A stretch of 64,000 nt of DNA from Candidatus Uhrbacteria bacterium. Its GTDB lineage: Bacteria > Patescibacteriota > Patescibacteriia > UBA9934. Below, one piece after another: positions 1 through 8,475 of the stretch. Numbering within the stretch: position 1 is the first letter of the stretch; each line of letters begins with the position of its first letter. The stretch spans positions 135,186-199,185 of the forward strand of contig CALRCK010000002.1 in assembly GCA_943354605.1 (NCBI GenBank), given 5' to 3'. The position numbers were made by a program, and so were the translations under genes. The notes beneath the pieces are model-generated. The model worked only from the letters and a program-made list of their open reading frames with translations, was not told where the DNA came from and did no database searches.

Positions 1-10
1 GACTCGGTGA

Positions 11-985
11 TCATAGTTGCGGCCACGTAAAGGTATTGAACGCCCACACCGCAAGCGCCTTTGCGTCGTTGAATCGGTCGAGTTTCGAGTGCGCGCCCAA
101 CACCGCAACAAACACTTCGTCTCCATCGTGATCGATCGTGGTAATAAAACAATATCCTGCTTCGGGAATATACCCAGTTTTTCCACCAGTGATTTCGTAC
201 GGCTTCTGATTGAGTAACGAATCAAAAAGCATGTCGGTTGATTGAACGCTGAATACATCGCCACTGACGTGACGAATGGAAAGATGGTCTGACGTCATGA
301 ATTTCGTGAGCACATCTGATTGCTCGGCCTCGCGAAGCAACGGCATCAAATCGCGAGCCGTCGAAACATTACCACTATCAATTCCCGTCACCTCAACAAA
401 CGCGCTCGACGTCATTCCCAGTGCCTTCGCCTTCGTATTCATCGCTGAAATAAAATCGCTATACGACAACCCCGACAATCGCGAGAGCGCCTTCGTTGCC
501 GTGTTATCCGATCCAACAATACTTGCGCCGAGAACATCACGAAGTCTTATACCATCGTTAAAATTCAAATGGACGACCGCTCCCCCAACATAGTCGTCGT
601 CCACAATTTTGACCCACGAATCCAGATCGGGCTTTGTATCAAGGAACACAATCGCCGTCATCAACTTCGTGATACTTCCGATTGACCGAACGTCGTCCGC
701 GTTCTTTGCGAACAACGCGGTACCGCTTTGCGTGTCGGCAACAAATACGCTTTGCGCGTCGGTCACTACGCCGTAGCTGGAAAGATCGGTCTTTTTTGGA
801 GGAAGGAATCGATTCTCCGCAACTGGCAAGGAAATTGGGGTCGATGTCAGCGAAAGCAATGGCGCAGCAAGCGCTTCTGGCGCAGTCGGAATACCGATTT
901 TCCATTCAAGATTCGCCGCATCAACCGGAAGAATCCGCAGGACGGTAAACGCGAGAAGCATTTGTGCGACAACGCGAGAAATCAT
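11..985 (-). CDS. Peptidase S11 family serine D,D-peptidase (PBP7/DacA-like), secreted
   Basis: N-terminal signal peptide; SxxK (SITK), SxN (SDN) and KTG (GGKTGY) motifs. Confidence 0.9.
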   Translation of the reverse strand: MISRVVAQMLLAFTVLRILPVDAANLEWKIGIPTAPEALAAPLLSLTSTPISLPVAENRFLPPKKTDLSSYGVVTDAQSVFVADTQSGTALFAKNADDVRSIGSITKLMTAIVFLDTKPDLDSWVKIVDDDYVGGAVVHLNFNDGIRLRDVLGASIVGSDNTATKALSRLSGLSYSDFISAMNTKAKALGMTSSAFVEVTGIDSGNVSTARDLMPLLREAEQSDVLTKFMTSDHLSIRHVSGDVFSVQSTDMLFDSLLNQKPYEITGGKTGYIPEAGYCFITTIDHDGDEVFVAVLGAHSKLDRFNDAKALAVWAFNTFTWPQL

Positions 986-1542
986 ACGGTAGAGGATTCG
1001 GTGGTGAGCGCAGAAAGCAACGCGTCGATCTTTGTATTGCCATGCAGTTCTGCGTAATCGGCAAGCTCGCTCACATTGTGCAAACCGAGATGTCGCAACG
1101 CATCATTCGTAATGCTGTACACCGGCTGAAGCCTCACCTCGTCCTCACTCTCGTCGACCAGTCCTCGCATGAGGAGATTCCGAAGAATCAACGTGCAGTT
1201 GATACCGCGAATCGCCTCAATCTCTGGCTTCGTGATCGGCCCACGATACGCAACAATCGTAAGCGTTTCGAGAGAAGGTCGGGTGAGCTCGGGTTCAATA
1301 TCTTCTTTCGACAAGTTCTCGATTGTTGACGCGAACGACGGATTCGTTGCAAGCGTGATTCCTTCGTCACCGACAACAACATGAATGCCCGACAATTCAT
1401 CGTTGCGCACTGTTGCGAGCTCGTCGACCGCAGCGGCTGCCTCGTCAATCTGACACGAACACGCGTTCGCTAAAAACTTCATCGAGATGGGCTTCGAGCT
1501 TACAAAGAGAATCGCTTCAATTTTTGCCGCCAATTCGGTCAT
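982..1542 (-). CDS. scpB: SMC-Scp complex subunit ScpB
   Basis: IEAILF N-terminus; LETLTIVAYRGPITKPEIEAIRGIN motif; follows scpA. Confidence 0.95.
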   Translation of the reverse strand: MTELAAKIEAILFVSSKPISMKFLANACSCQIDEAAAAVDELATVRNDELSGIHVVVGDEGITLATNPSFASTIENLSKEDIEPELTRPSLETLTIVAYRGPITKPEIEAIRGINCTLILRNLLMRGLVDESEDEVRLQPVYSITNDALRHLGLHNVSELADYAELHGNTKIDALLSALTTESSTV

Positions 1543-1546
1543 ATGA

Positions 1547-1594
1547 CACTAACTACGTTAGTCGCTAACTTAGTTTGAGGCTAACGAAGTTTGT
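1547..1594. repeat. 16-bp-period tandem array of a near-palindromic unit (consensus CTAACTWAGTTAG), family F, copy 1
   Basis: Unit cores at 1553, 1569 and 1585; overlaps the scpA stop codon. Confidence 0.75.
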
Positions 1595-2292
1595 TCTATT
1601 CGCTCTAAATGAATTTCCGTGCCGTGCGACTCCTGTTTTGCGGTAAGATGACGACGACGGAGCAACTCTAACAACGCCAAAAAGCTTACCACAACTTCAC
1701 GCTTCGTTCCGGCGCCAGCAATCACGTCGCGGAAACGGAGATTCGCCCGGGTCTCGAGCACCGATTTCAATTCATCGATCCGTTCCTCCACCGACTTCGT
1801 GCGTTCCATCGATGTTTCTTGCAACGTAAAGAACGGTTCGAGTCGTTTCAGAATCGAACCGAATGCGTCGCGTAATGCATCGATCGAAATGTTCTTCGCA
1901 GGGTTGAACGATCGCGCGGTTTCACGATTCTTCGTCGCCCGTCGCACAAACATCGCCTTCGCAACGTATCGCTCTTCAAGTTTCACCGCCGCAGCAACAA
2001 ACTCTTGATACAAACGAAGCTGATCTTCGAGTTTTGCAGCGGCCGCGTCCTCTTCATCGATCCGAAGATACGGCATCAGCTCGCAACTCTTCAAATAAAT
2101 CAGACGCGAAGCAATAAGTAAAAAGTCCGCAAGCTCGTCGCTCGGCACGTCGTGCGCTTCAAGATATGCCAAATATTCGTCGGCGACTTTTGCGAGCGAG
2201 ACGGTGGTGATCGGCAAGTTCTTTTCCTCGATAACCTCAAGCAACAGCGCCAACGGCCCAGAAAACCCCTCCTGCTCCACCGAAAATGACAT
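1570..2292 (-). CDS. scpA: Segregation and condensation protein ScpA
   Basis: FSGPLALLL, LADFLLIASRLIYLKS and VVSFLALLEL motifs; start moved to ATG 2292 because the longer ORF runs through intergenic repeats. Confidence 0.93.
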   Translation of the reverse strand: MSFSVEQEGFSGPLALLLEVIEEKNLPITTVSLAKVADEYLAYLEAHDVPSDELADFLLIASRLIYLKSCELMPYLRIDEEDAAAAKLEDQLRLYQEFVAAAVKLEERYVAKAMFVRRATKNRETARSFNPAKNISIDALRDAFGSILKRLEPFFTLQETSMERTKSVEERIDELKSVLETRANLRFRDVIAGAGTKREVVVSFLALLELLRRRHLTAKQESHGTEIHLERIEQTSLASN

Positions 2293-2316
2293 ATACGGGA
2301 TTGTACATGATTTCTT

Positions 2317-2360
2317 CATCTTCAACCCTAAGGGTTGCCCAACCCTTAGGGTTGAAGATG
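2317..2360. repeat. Double palindrome of CAACCCTWAGGGTTG, family E
   Basis: Perfect 21-bp inverted repeat CATCTTCAACCCTAAGGGTTG-CC-CAACCCTTAGGGTTGAAGATG. Confidence 0.85.
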
Positions 2361-2370
2361 TCATTAGACC

Positions 2371-2398
2371 AAAAACAGGGCTAAAAAGCCCTGTTTTT
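2371..2398. terminator. Intrinsic terminator-like hairpin
   Basis: AAAAACAGGGCT-AAAA-AGCCCTGTTTTT downstream of the cupredoxin gene. Confidence 0.75.
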
Positions 2399-2417
2399 TC
2401 TTTCAACCCCTAGCGTC

Positions 2418-3248
2418 CTACATCGTCTCTGCGGCGGTAACGACGATTGTTCCGGTCATGTCCGGATGATAGCTACAGTGAAACGTATAAGTTCCCGACG
2501 TACTGAAGCGACGAACAAAGCTCTGTCCCTCCTTCATCGTTCCTGTGCCCCAACTATCGTCGTCTGCCGTAGCAGTATGGCTCACAGCGTCATTATTGAT
2601 GAACTTCATGGTCTGACCAGCGGCAATCGTAAATTGATCACTGTCTCCCCCACCGAACATCATGTTTTCAATGGAGACTTCCGCAAATGCAGTCAACCCC
2701 TTGTCGTCAGTAATCGATGGCGTACCTAATTGAGTTGCCGATGGAACCGACGCTGGTCCAGAAGTGACTGTGGAAAGATCAAGAACATCTCCGATAGTGT
2801 AATTCCCAAAGAATCCATCCGGGACATCGTCAATCATCGTATTCCACTGTGCCCCATACATCCCTTCAGCATCAGTCTCTGTGGAAACCCATCGAAGCAC
2901 CCCGCCTGCCGTCACGAAATATACCTTTGGATCAGAATTGATTTTAATCATCTTCACTCCAGGACGATACGTCACATTTCCACCCATTTGAATTGTTGCG
3001 AGATCCGCATCGCTCAACATTTTTACTGCGGAAAAATCGCTGTACCACGTGAAGTATGTCTTGTCGTTTGGGAATACATACCGGAATCCATCCTCGCCCA
3101 TGTAGTACACCGCAGAGAATGTTGTTCCACGGATCAAATCCCCAGGACTCGCAGCCACTGTCTCTGCGCGAACAAACGCTGAAGGAACAAAGTTCGTAAG
3201 CAGACCAACCATCGCGAATACCGCAAGTGAACGTGATCGAAGATTCAT
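2418..3248 (-). CDS. Exported protein with a C-terminal cupredoxin (plastocyanin/azurin-like) domain
   Basis: Signal peptide; N-terminal GDLIRG...AVYY...RYVFP domain; Cu-ligand pattern SHTAT...FHCSYHPDM. Confidence 0.8.
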   Translation of the reverse strand: MNLRSRSLAVFAMVGLLTNFVPSAFVRAETVAASPGDLIRGTTFSAVYYMGEDGFRYVFPNDKTYFTWYSDFSAVKMLSDADLATIQMGGNVTYRPGVKMIKINSDPKVYFVTAGGVLRWVSTETDAEGMYGAQWNTMIDDVPDGFFGNYTIGDVLDLSTVTSGPASVPSATQLGTPSITDDKGLTAFAEVSIENMMFGGGDSDQFTIAAGQTMKFINNDAVSHTATADDDSWGTGTMKEGQSFVRRFSTSGTYTFHCSYHPDMTGTIVVTAAETM

Positions 3249-3256
3249 ATTAGGGT

Positions 3257-3301
3257 TAAGCTTAGTTAGTAACAAACTTAGTTAGTCACTAACGTAGTTT
3301 G
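3257..3301. repeat. Family F 16-bp-period array, copy 2
   Basis: Cores CTTAG 3261, CTTAG 3277 and CGTAG 3293. Confidence 0.75.
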
Positions 3302-3308
3302 TATGATA

Positions 3309-4622
3309 CTACGGACGCAGTCGCTGCACATCACGCGGGAAGATGGTTGCCTCTTTGACGTTCGCAAGGCCGAGAACGTTTTGCGTCAATCGCTGCAAGC
3401 CAATCGCGAATCCGCCTTCTGGCGGAATGCCGTACTTGTGCATCATCAAGTAGTCCTCAAAATCTGCAACGTTCAATCCTTTATCCACGATGCGCCCCAT
3501 CTGCTCGTCGTACCGATTGATACGCATACCGCCGGACGTAATCTCGCTGCCGAATCCGATGACGTCAAACGTAAGCGTGTTCTCCGGGTTTGCCGGATCA
3601 ACCTTTGCATAGAATGGTCGCTTTGCTGGCGGCCAATCAGTCACGAACACGAATCCGCAGTTGTGGTGCTTCACCGACCACACAGTGGACAACCAGCGTT
3701 CAGCGGCTGGCGAGAGGTCTGGTTCCGATGTCTCATCGACTCCCCCCTCATCACGATACGCCTCGAGCGCCTGTTTCAAGCTTATGCGAGGAAACTTTTC
3801 GCCAAGTGGCGGCAACGTTACTTCAAGAAGTTTGAGCTCGACCGCGCATTCGCGCTCAACCGTTGCGAGCATCTCGCGAATTGCACCCTCTTCAACATCC
3901 ATCACCTCACTCATGTCAGAAACGAAGCCCATTTCAAACTCAAGCTGGTTGAATTCCGTTAAGTGACGCGACGTGGCAAACTTTTCTGCGCGGAACGAAT
4001 ACGACACGCCGTACACGCCCTCATACACGCCCATCGTAATCTGCTTGTAGAGCTGTGCAGACTGCGTAAGTGTTGCTTCGCGGCCGTAATAATCGACCTT
4101 AAAGAATTCCGCACCGCCTTCGCTCGCAGCTCCTGCGAGAACCGGGAAGAAAATTTCTGTGAAGCCCTGCTTTTCCATGAACGAGCGGTAGCCATGAACA
4201 AGCGCGGCCTGCACGCGAAAAATTGCGCGCTGTTTTGGATGACGAAGCGTCACGACGCGATTGTCGAGTAACGTATCAAGATTCGCATCAAGAACCGGCT
4301 TGCCGATTTCGACGGGAACGACATCGACGACCGGCGAAAGCACCTCGAGGCTCTCGACCTGCATTTCGACTTCTTTCACCGACGGATCCTTCGATTTCTT
4401 TTCAACAATCTTTCCAGTCACCGACAGCACTGTTTCGACCTGAAGCCCCTTCAACTGTTCGAGCTGTTCCGCATTCAACACGGTTTGTGCGAGCCCACTC
4501 CGATCTCGGATAATAGCAAAGCCAAACTTGCTCATGTCGCGAAGTGCGTTGAGCCAGCCGGCGATAGTGACGGTTTCGCCGAGCTTTGATGAGAGATCTT
4601 TGATGAGAATTCTATTTTTCAT
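3309..4622 (-). CDS. aspS: Aspartate--tRNA ligase, short archaeal-type (possibly non-discriminating Asp/Asn)
   Basis: OB-fold N-terminus; SEGGAEFF, LTQSAQLYKQ, FRAE..RHLTEF and GGFAIGLQRL..FPRD motifs; 437 aa with no GAD insertion. Confidence 0.88.
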   Translation of the reverse strand: MKNRILIKDLSSKLGETVTIAGWLNALRDMSKFGFAIIRDRSGLAQTVLNAEQLEQLKGLQVETVLSVTGKIVEKKSKDPSVKEVEMQVESLEVLSPVVDVVPVEIGKPVLDANLDTLLDNRVVTLRHPKQRAIFRVQAALVHGYRSFMEKQGFTEIFFPVLAGAASEGGAEFFKVDYYGREATLTQSAQLYKQITMGVYEGVYGVSYSFRAEKFATSRHLTEFNQLEFEMGFVSDMSEVMDVEEGAIREMLATVERECAVELKLLEVTLPPLGEKFPRISLKQALEAYRDEGGVDETSEPDLSPAAERWLSTVWSVKHHNCGFVFVTDWPPAKRPFYAKVDPANPENTLTFDVIGFGSEITSGGMRINRYDEQMGRIVDKGLNVADFEDYLMMHKYGIPPEGGFAIGLQRLTQNVLGLANVKEATIFPRDVQRLRP

Positions 4623-4627
4623 AATGA

Positions 4628-4655
4628 GTAACTTAGTTAGTCAGTAACTTAGTTT
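4628..4655. repeat. Family F 16-bp-period array, copy 3
   Basis: GTAACTTAGTTAGTCA GTAACTTAGTTT. Confidence 0.75.
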
Positions 4656-4663
4656 CTTTTTCA

Positions 4664-4730
4664 GTCATCCCCGCGCAGGCGGGGATCCAGACCGTTCTGA
4701 ATGATGGATCCCCGCCTGCGCGGGGATGAC
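4664..4730. repeat. GTCAT-terminated (CGTC-type) REP-like palindromic doublet, family B
   Basis: Perfect 26-bp inverted repeat GTCATCCCCGCGCAGGCGGGGATCCA / TGGATCCCCGCCTGCGCGGGGATGAC. Confidence 0.85.
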
Positions 4731-4740
4731 CAGAAGTGAA

Positions 4741-6048
4741 TTATGGAGTTGAGCGGCTGAGCATGCGTGGGAAGGCAATGGTTTCGCGAATGTGGTGCAC
4801 GCCAGTGATCCATCGGACCGTTCGCTCAAGACCGATGCCGAAACCGGAGTGTGGCACGCTTCCGTACTTTCGTGTGTTCAAGTACCACTCGTACTCGGCT
4901 AATGGATAATTCCGATCGATAATCTCTTTCTTAAGCGCCTCGTAACTCTCTTCACGCTGACTGCCGCCGATAATCTCGCGGCCTTCTTCTGGTGCAATAA
5001 GATCGGCGCACCTGGCGCGAAGCACGCCGGCGTCGTCCGTGTATCGCTTCATGTAGAACGATTTAATCTCCGCAGGGTAATCTTCGATAAATACCGGAAG
5101 CTGATACTTGTCGCCAAGCGCGATTTCTTCCTCCGTCGACATGTCGCCGAGGAGATCGACGGGCTCGACGGTCAGCTTCTCGTTGTGAAGAATCTTCTTC
5201 GCCTCAGAGTGCTTCAAGTGAACGAATGGTTCGTTGACGATGCGCTCCAAGATCGTCGTATCGCGCTCCAAAATCGCGAGCTCTTGTTTGCAGTTATCAA
5301 GCACGTCTTTGACGATGCGCTTCACCATCTTTTCCTGTACATCCATGTTCATCACTTGGTCGAAGTACGCCATCTCGGCGTCCATCATCCAAAGCTCGCT
5401 CAAGTGATGGCGCGTCTTGCTCTTCTCTGCGCGGAACACTGGACCAAAGTCGTACACTTTTCCAAAGCCCATAATTCCCGCTTCGCTGTAGAGCTGACCA
5501 GACTGCGAGAGATACTTTGGTTCTCCGTAGTAATCCACCTGGAACAACTGCGTGGTATCTTCGCAGCTTGTTGGCTGAATGATTGGGGTATCGAAACGAA
5601 TGAATCCTTCTTCGTGGAAAAACTGTTCGATGGAGAAAAAGACGCGATCACGAATGCGCAGCACAGCCCATGGGGTTTGCGATCGGAGATACAGATCGCG
5701 GTTGTCGAAAAGGAATTCTGGACCGTGCTCTTTCTTTCCGATTGGATAATCCTCTGGTGCAACGTGCACCATCGTGAATCCCGTTCCTTGAATTTCAAAT
5801 CCTGATGGCGAGCGCGGTTCGGCCTTTACGATTCCCTTCACAATGACAGACGACTCAAGACGAACGCCCTGCAACGACTCCCACGATGCCGCGTCGATGT
5901 CGCTTGGCGAGTACACAACCTGAACTCGCCCCGATCCATCACGGAACTGGAGGAAGTAAATTTTGCCGCTGCTTCGAAAATTGTACGCCCAGCCCTTGAG
6001 CTCAACTTCTTGCCCGACCATGGATGCTAACTGTGAAATGTAGGTCAT
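4741..6048 (-). CDS. asnS: Asparagine--tRNA ligase
   Basis: YLSQSGQLYSE, GPVFRAEKSKTRHHLSE, EIIGGSQRE and YGSVPHSGFGIGLER motifs. Confidence 0.93.
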   Translation of the reverse strand: MTYISQLASMVGQEVELKGWAYNFRSSGKIYFLQFRDGSGRVQVVYSPSDIDAASWESLQGVRLESSVIVKGIVKAEPRSPSGFEIQGTGFTMVHVAPEDYPIGKKEHGPEFLFDNRDLYLRSQTPWAVLRIRDRVFFSIEQFFHEEGFIRFDTPIIQPTSCEDTTQLFQVDYYGEPKYLSQSGQLYSEAGIMGFGKVYDFGPVFRAEKSKTRHHLSELWMMDAEMAYFDQVMNMDVQEKMVKRIVKDVLDNCKQELAILERDTTILERIVNEPFVHLKHSEAKKILHNEKLTVEPVDLLGDMSTEEEIALGDKYQLPVFIEDYPAEIKSFYMKRYTDDAGVLRARCADLIAPEEGREIIGGSQREESYEALKKEIIDRNYPLAEYEWYLNTRKYGSVPHSGFGIGLERTVRWITGVHHIRETIAFPRMLSRSTP

Positions 6049-6140
6049 AAAAAGAAAATTCGCCTGTACAACGTCACGATTGAATAATCATGAAGCTGTA
6101 CGGGCGAAGTTACTCGCGGTGCCACCGTACTTTTCCGCCA

Positions 6141-6250
6141 ACAGCTTTTGGCCGATTTTCGACTCACTCGTCAGAAATTCGCTCACCGTACCGATACGTA
6201 CGCCTCGCGAACGTTCTTCCTCATTCATCGAAACTCTTCGCAAAATCTGT
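6141..6250 (-). repeat. Structured long-hairpin element, family A, copy 1
   Basis: Minus strand reads TTTGCGAAGAGTTTCGATG...TTCGC GAG GCGTAC gtatcg GTACGG TGA GCGAA...AGTCGAAAATCGGCCAAA. Confidence 0.85.
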
Positions 6251-6373
6251 CGCCGAACTCGTTTCTGTTGTATCGATCACTGAATCTAGAAGTTGTTTGC
6301 TCCTAGCGCTCGCTGTCACCACGAACATCAGTGAAATGAGTGTAGCACGAGGGCGAGAACCATTCAAACTTCT

Positions 6374-6784
6374 TTATTCTTGGACAAAAATGATGATTTT
6401 CGCAAATCTCGCCGCAAGATCGATGATGACAGTTTCGGGATCCTGTTTTGTTGACGCGATTTCTTTTGCGAGACGATAGAGCTGACGCCAACCGATCCGA
6501 AGTTCCGCTCGATTCATGTCAAGAAAAATATACAAAATCAGCAGCGCTGAGCGCTTGTTCCCGTCAACAAAATGATGATTCTTGATCACACGATGGAAGA
6601 GTCGCGCGGAAGTAGCAAAGATGTTTCGTCCATCTGGATGCATCGCACACAGTGCGAGATCGGATTCAATAGTAGAGACCCAAACATCATCAATTACCGG
6701 GAGATACGCCTCTAAATTCGAATTCCTTTGAGCGATCTCAATCCAGAGCAACAAATCTCCTGCGCTCGGAAACAGCAACGTCAC
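6374..6784 (-). CDS. Doc/Fic family toxin
   Basis: HHFVDGNKRSA motif (Doc-type HxFxDGNKR). Confidence 0.85.
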   Translation of the reverse strand: MTLLFPSAGDLLLWIEIAQRNSNLEAYLPVIDDVWVSTIESDLALCAMHPDGRNIFATSARLFHRVIKNHHFVDGNKRSALLILYIFLDMNRAELRIGWRQLYRLAKEIASTKQDPETVIIDLAARFAKIIIFVQE

Positions 6785-6785
6785 A

Positions 6786-6929
6786 TTATTCCTGAGAAAG
6801 TTTCTTCATGGCAGGCCCAAATTTTTTAGCAAATCTCTCCGTGCTTTCACGGAAACGTTTTGTACGAGGGTCTTCGTCAGTTTTTTTCAAAGAAAATACA
6901 GAGAAAATTTTGCCGATAATCTTTTTCAT
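6786..6929 (-). CDS. Putative 47-aa antitoxin
   Basis: Hand translation MKKIIGKIFSVFSLKKTDEDPRTKRFRESTERFAKKFGPAMKKLSQE; stop codon adjacent to the doc start. Confidence 0.6.
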   Translation of the reverse strand: MKKIIGKIFSVFSLKKTDEDPRTKRFRESTERFAKKFGPAMKKLSQE

Positions 6930-6970
6930 ACATTTTCATCCTAACACGATTCACGTCCTATCCAAAATCT

Positions 6971-7639
6971 CTACTTCACCTTCCCCACTCTCTGCATTTT
7001 ATCGATCAACGAAAGCTCTTCAAAACGAACGTGTTTCTTTGCCGCAAATCGCCAGTGGTGTATTGCGACCGCCCAGGCCAGGAGCGTTACCAAGAGCATT
7101 CCAAGAACCTGCTGCCAATGAAATAGCGGATATATTGCCGCATAAATTCCAAGCTCTGCATACGTTCCGTTCCAATACACAAGACCATCAGCAACATCAC
7201 CTTCATGAATCGTGAACCATATCGGAACAATCGTCCACCGATCCTGAACGACAGCTCCATTAACCTCCGCGGAAAGCAGAAGGTCGTCGTACCCAACAGA
7301 CTTTTTCGTGTGAACGTATGTAAGATCAACGACAGTTACCTGAACCTTTTCTGTTGGATGAACCAAAAACGGATATCGCGGAAGCATCGTTACCGTGAAC
7401 ACTGCCGCCATTCCAAAGCCCCATATCACAATCGCCGCCACAGCAACCAGTCGATAAAATCTTCGCTCGCCATCCTTCATCGTCACCATCGTCGATGCAG
7501 GAATTTTTTTGTATAGCGCGTTCAAACGCTCGTTGTGCCGCGCATGACGGCGTTTCAATTGCTGATACCGTACATACGGCAGAATAACGCAGAAGGCAAC
7601 GATAAAAAGCAGAATAACGACGAGGAAAAACTCCTTCAT
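6971..7639 (-). CDS. Hypothetical membrane protein
   Basis: Three hydrophobic segments; TATACT box 8 nt before the ATG. Confidence 0.75.
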   Translation of the reverse strand: MKEFFLVVILLFIVAFCVILPYVRYQQLKRRHARHNERLNALYKKIPASTMVTMKDGERRFYRLVAVAAIVIWGFGMAAVFTVTMLPRYPFLVHPTEKVQVTVVDLTYVHTKKSVGYDDLLLSAEVNGAVVQDRWTIVPIWFTIHEGDVADGLVYWNGTYAELGIYAAIYPLFHWQQVLGMLLVTLLAWAVAIHHWRFAAKKHVRFEELSLIDKMQRVGKVK

Positions 7640-7684
7640 ATTGAGCGAGTATATCAAAACTCGACAACAAACGACCTGACCCCT

Positions 7685-8473
7685 TTAGGGTCTCACCGGC
7701 ACCGCCAAGACGCCCGTCCAAAATGGCATGACGATTTCGCCGGGGACGTGGTAGACGTACACGTCGTGGACACATTGGACGAAATCTTCCACCTGCTGAC
7801 CGAGGAGCGGCATGCGCATGAGGGATTCGTACGATTCGTCGCGGCCAATGCGCATCAACGTCACGATTTCCTCGTCCATCGGACGAGCCGAGAACCAATC
7901 TTCAGGATTCTTCTGTACACAATCAGAACACACCAGTCCCCCACGTCCGCCGTGCCAGCGGAATGAAAGTGGGAGAACATTTTTCCGACACGCTAAACAA
8001 TCGTGAAGCTCGACGCCATAGCCGAGGCGGCCAAGCAGTCGAAGAATCGTTGCGCCGAGGACGAAAGCGCTTCTGGTATTTTGAAGTGTGATCTGCGAGT
8101 TTAAAAATCGAACAAGATCAATCACTTCATCGAACAGTTCGGGATCAGCCAAGTCCGGTCGAATCGCCTTGGCCAACATCGCGAATAATGTTTGCGTAAA
8201 CATTCGGTGTTCGAGATTCGTTTGAATCCGATCGAATACTTCGCGTCGTTCCACGCCGATAACAGTCGTCGATCGTGCGCCTTTCACGATTTCGAGCTCC
8301 ACGATCGCGAACGGTTCAAGATGTGCAGCAAGCTTTGCGCGCGGCTTTTGCGCACCACGCCCCACGAATTCAATCAACCCAAATTCCGGCGTTAAGGCGC
8401 TGTACCACCGATCGGATTCTCTCCACGCCGATGAAGTTAATACGATCGCCGTCGTTTTCATCGTGCTCCACAT
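7685..8473 (-). CDS. recO: DNA repair protein RecO
   Basis: N-terminal OB fold (ESDR...G...KL.AHLEPF); CxxC...CxxC zinc motif. Confidence 0.92.
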   Translation of the reverse strand: MWSTMKTTAIVLTSSAWRESDRWYSALTPEFGLIEFVGRGAQKPRAKLAAHLEPFAIVELEIVKGARSTTVIGVERREVFDRIQTNLEHRMFTQTLFAMLAKAIRPDLADPELFDEVIDLVRFLNSQITLQNTRSAFVLGATILRLLGRLGYGVELHDCLACRKNVLPLSFRWHGGRGGLVCSDCVQKNPEDWFSARPMDEEIVTLMRIGRDESYESLMRMPLLGQQVEDFVQCVHDVYVYHVPGEIVMPFWTGVLAVPVRP

Positions 8474-8475
8474 AC

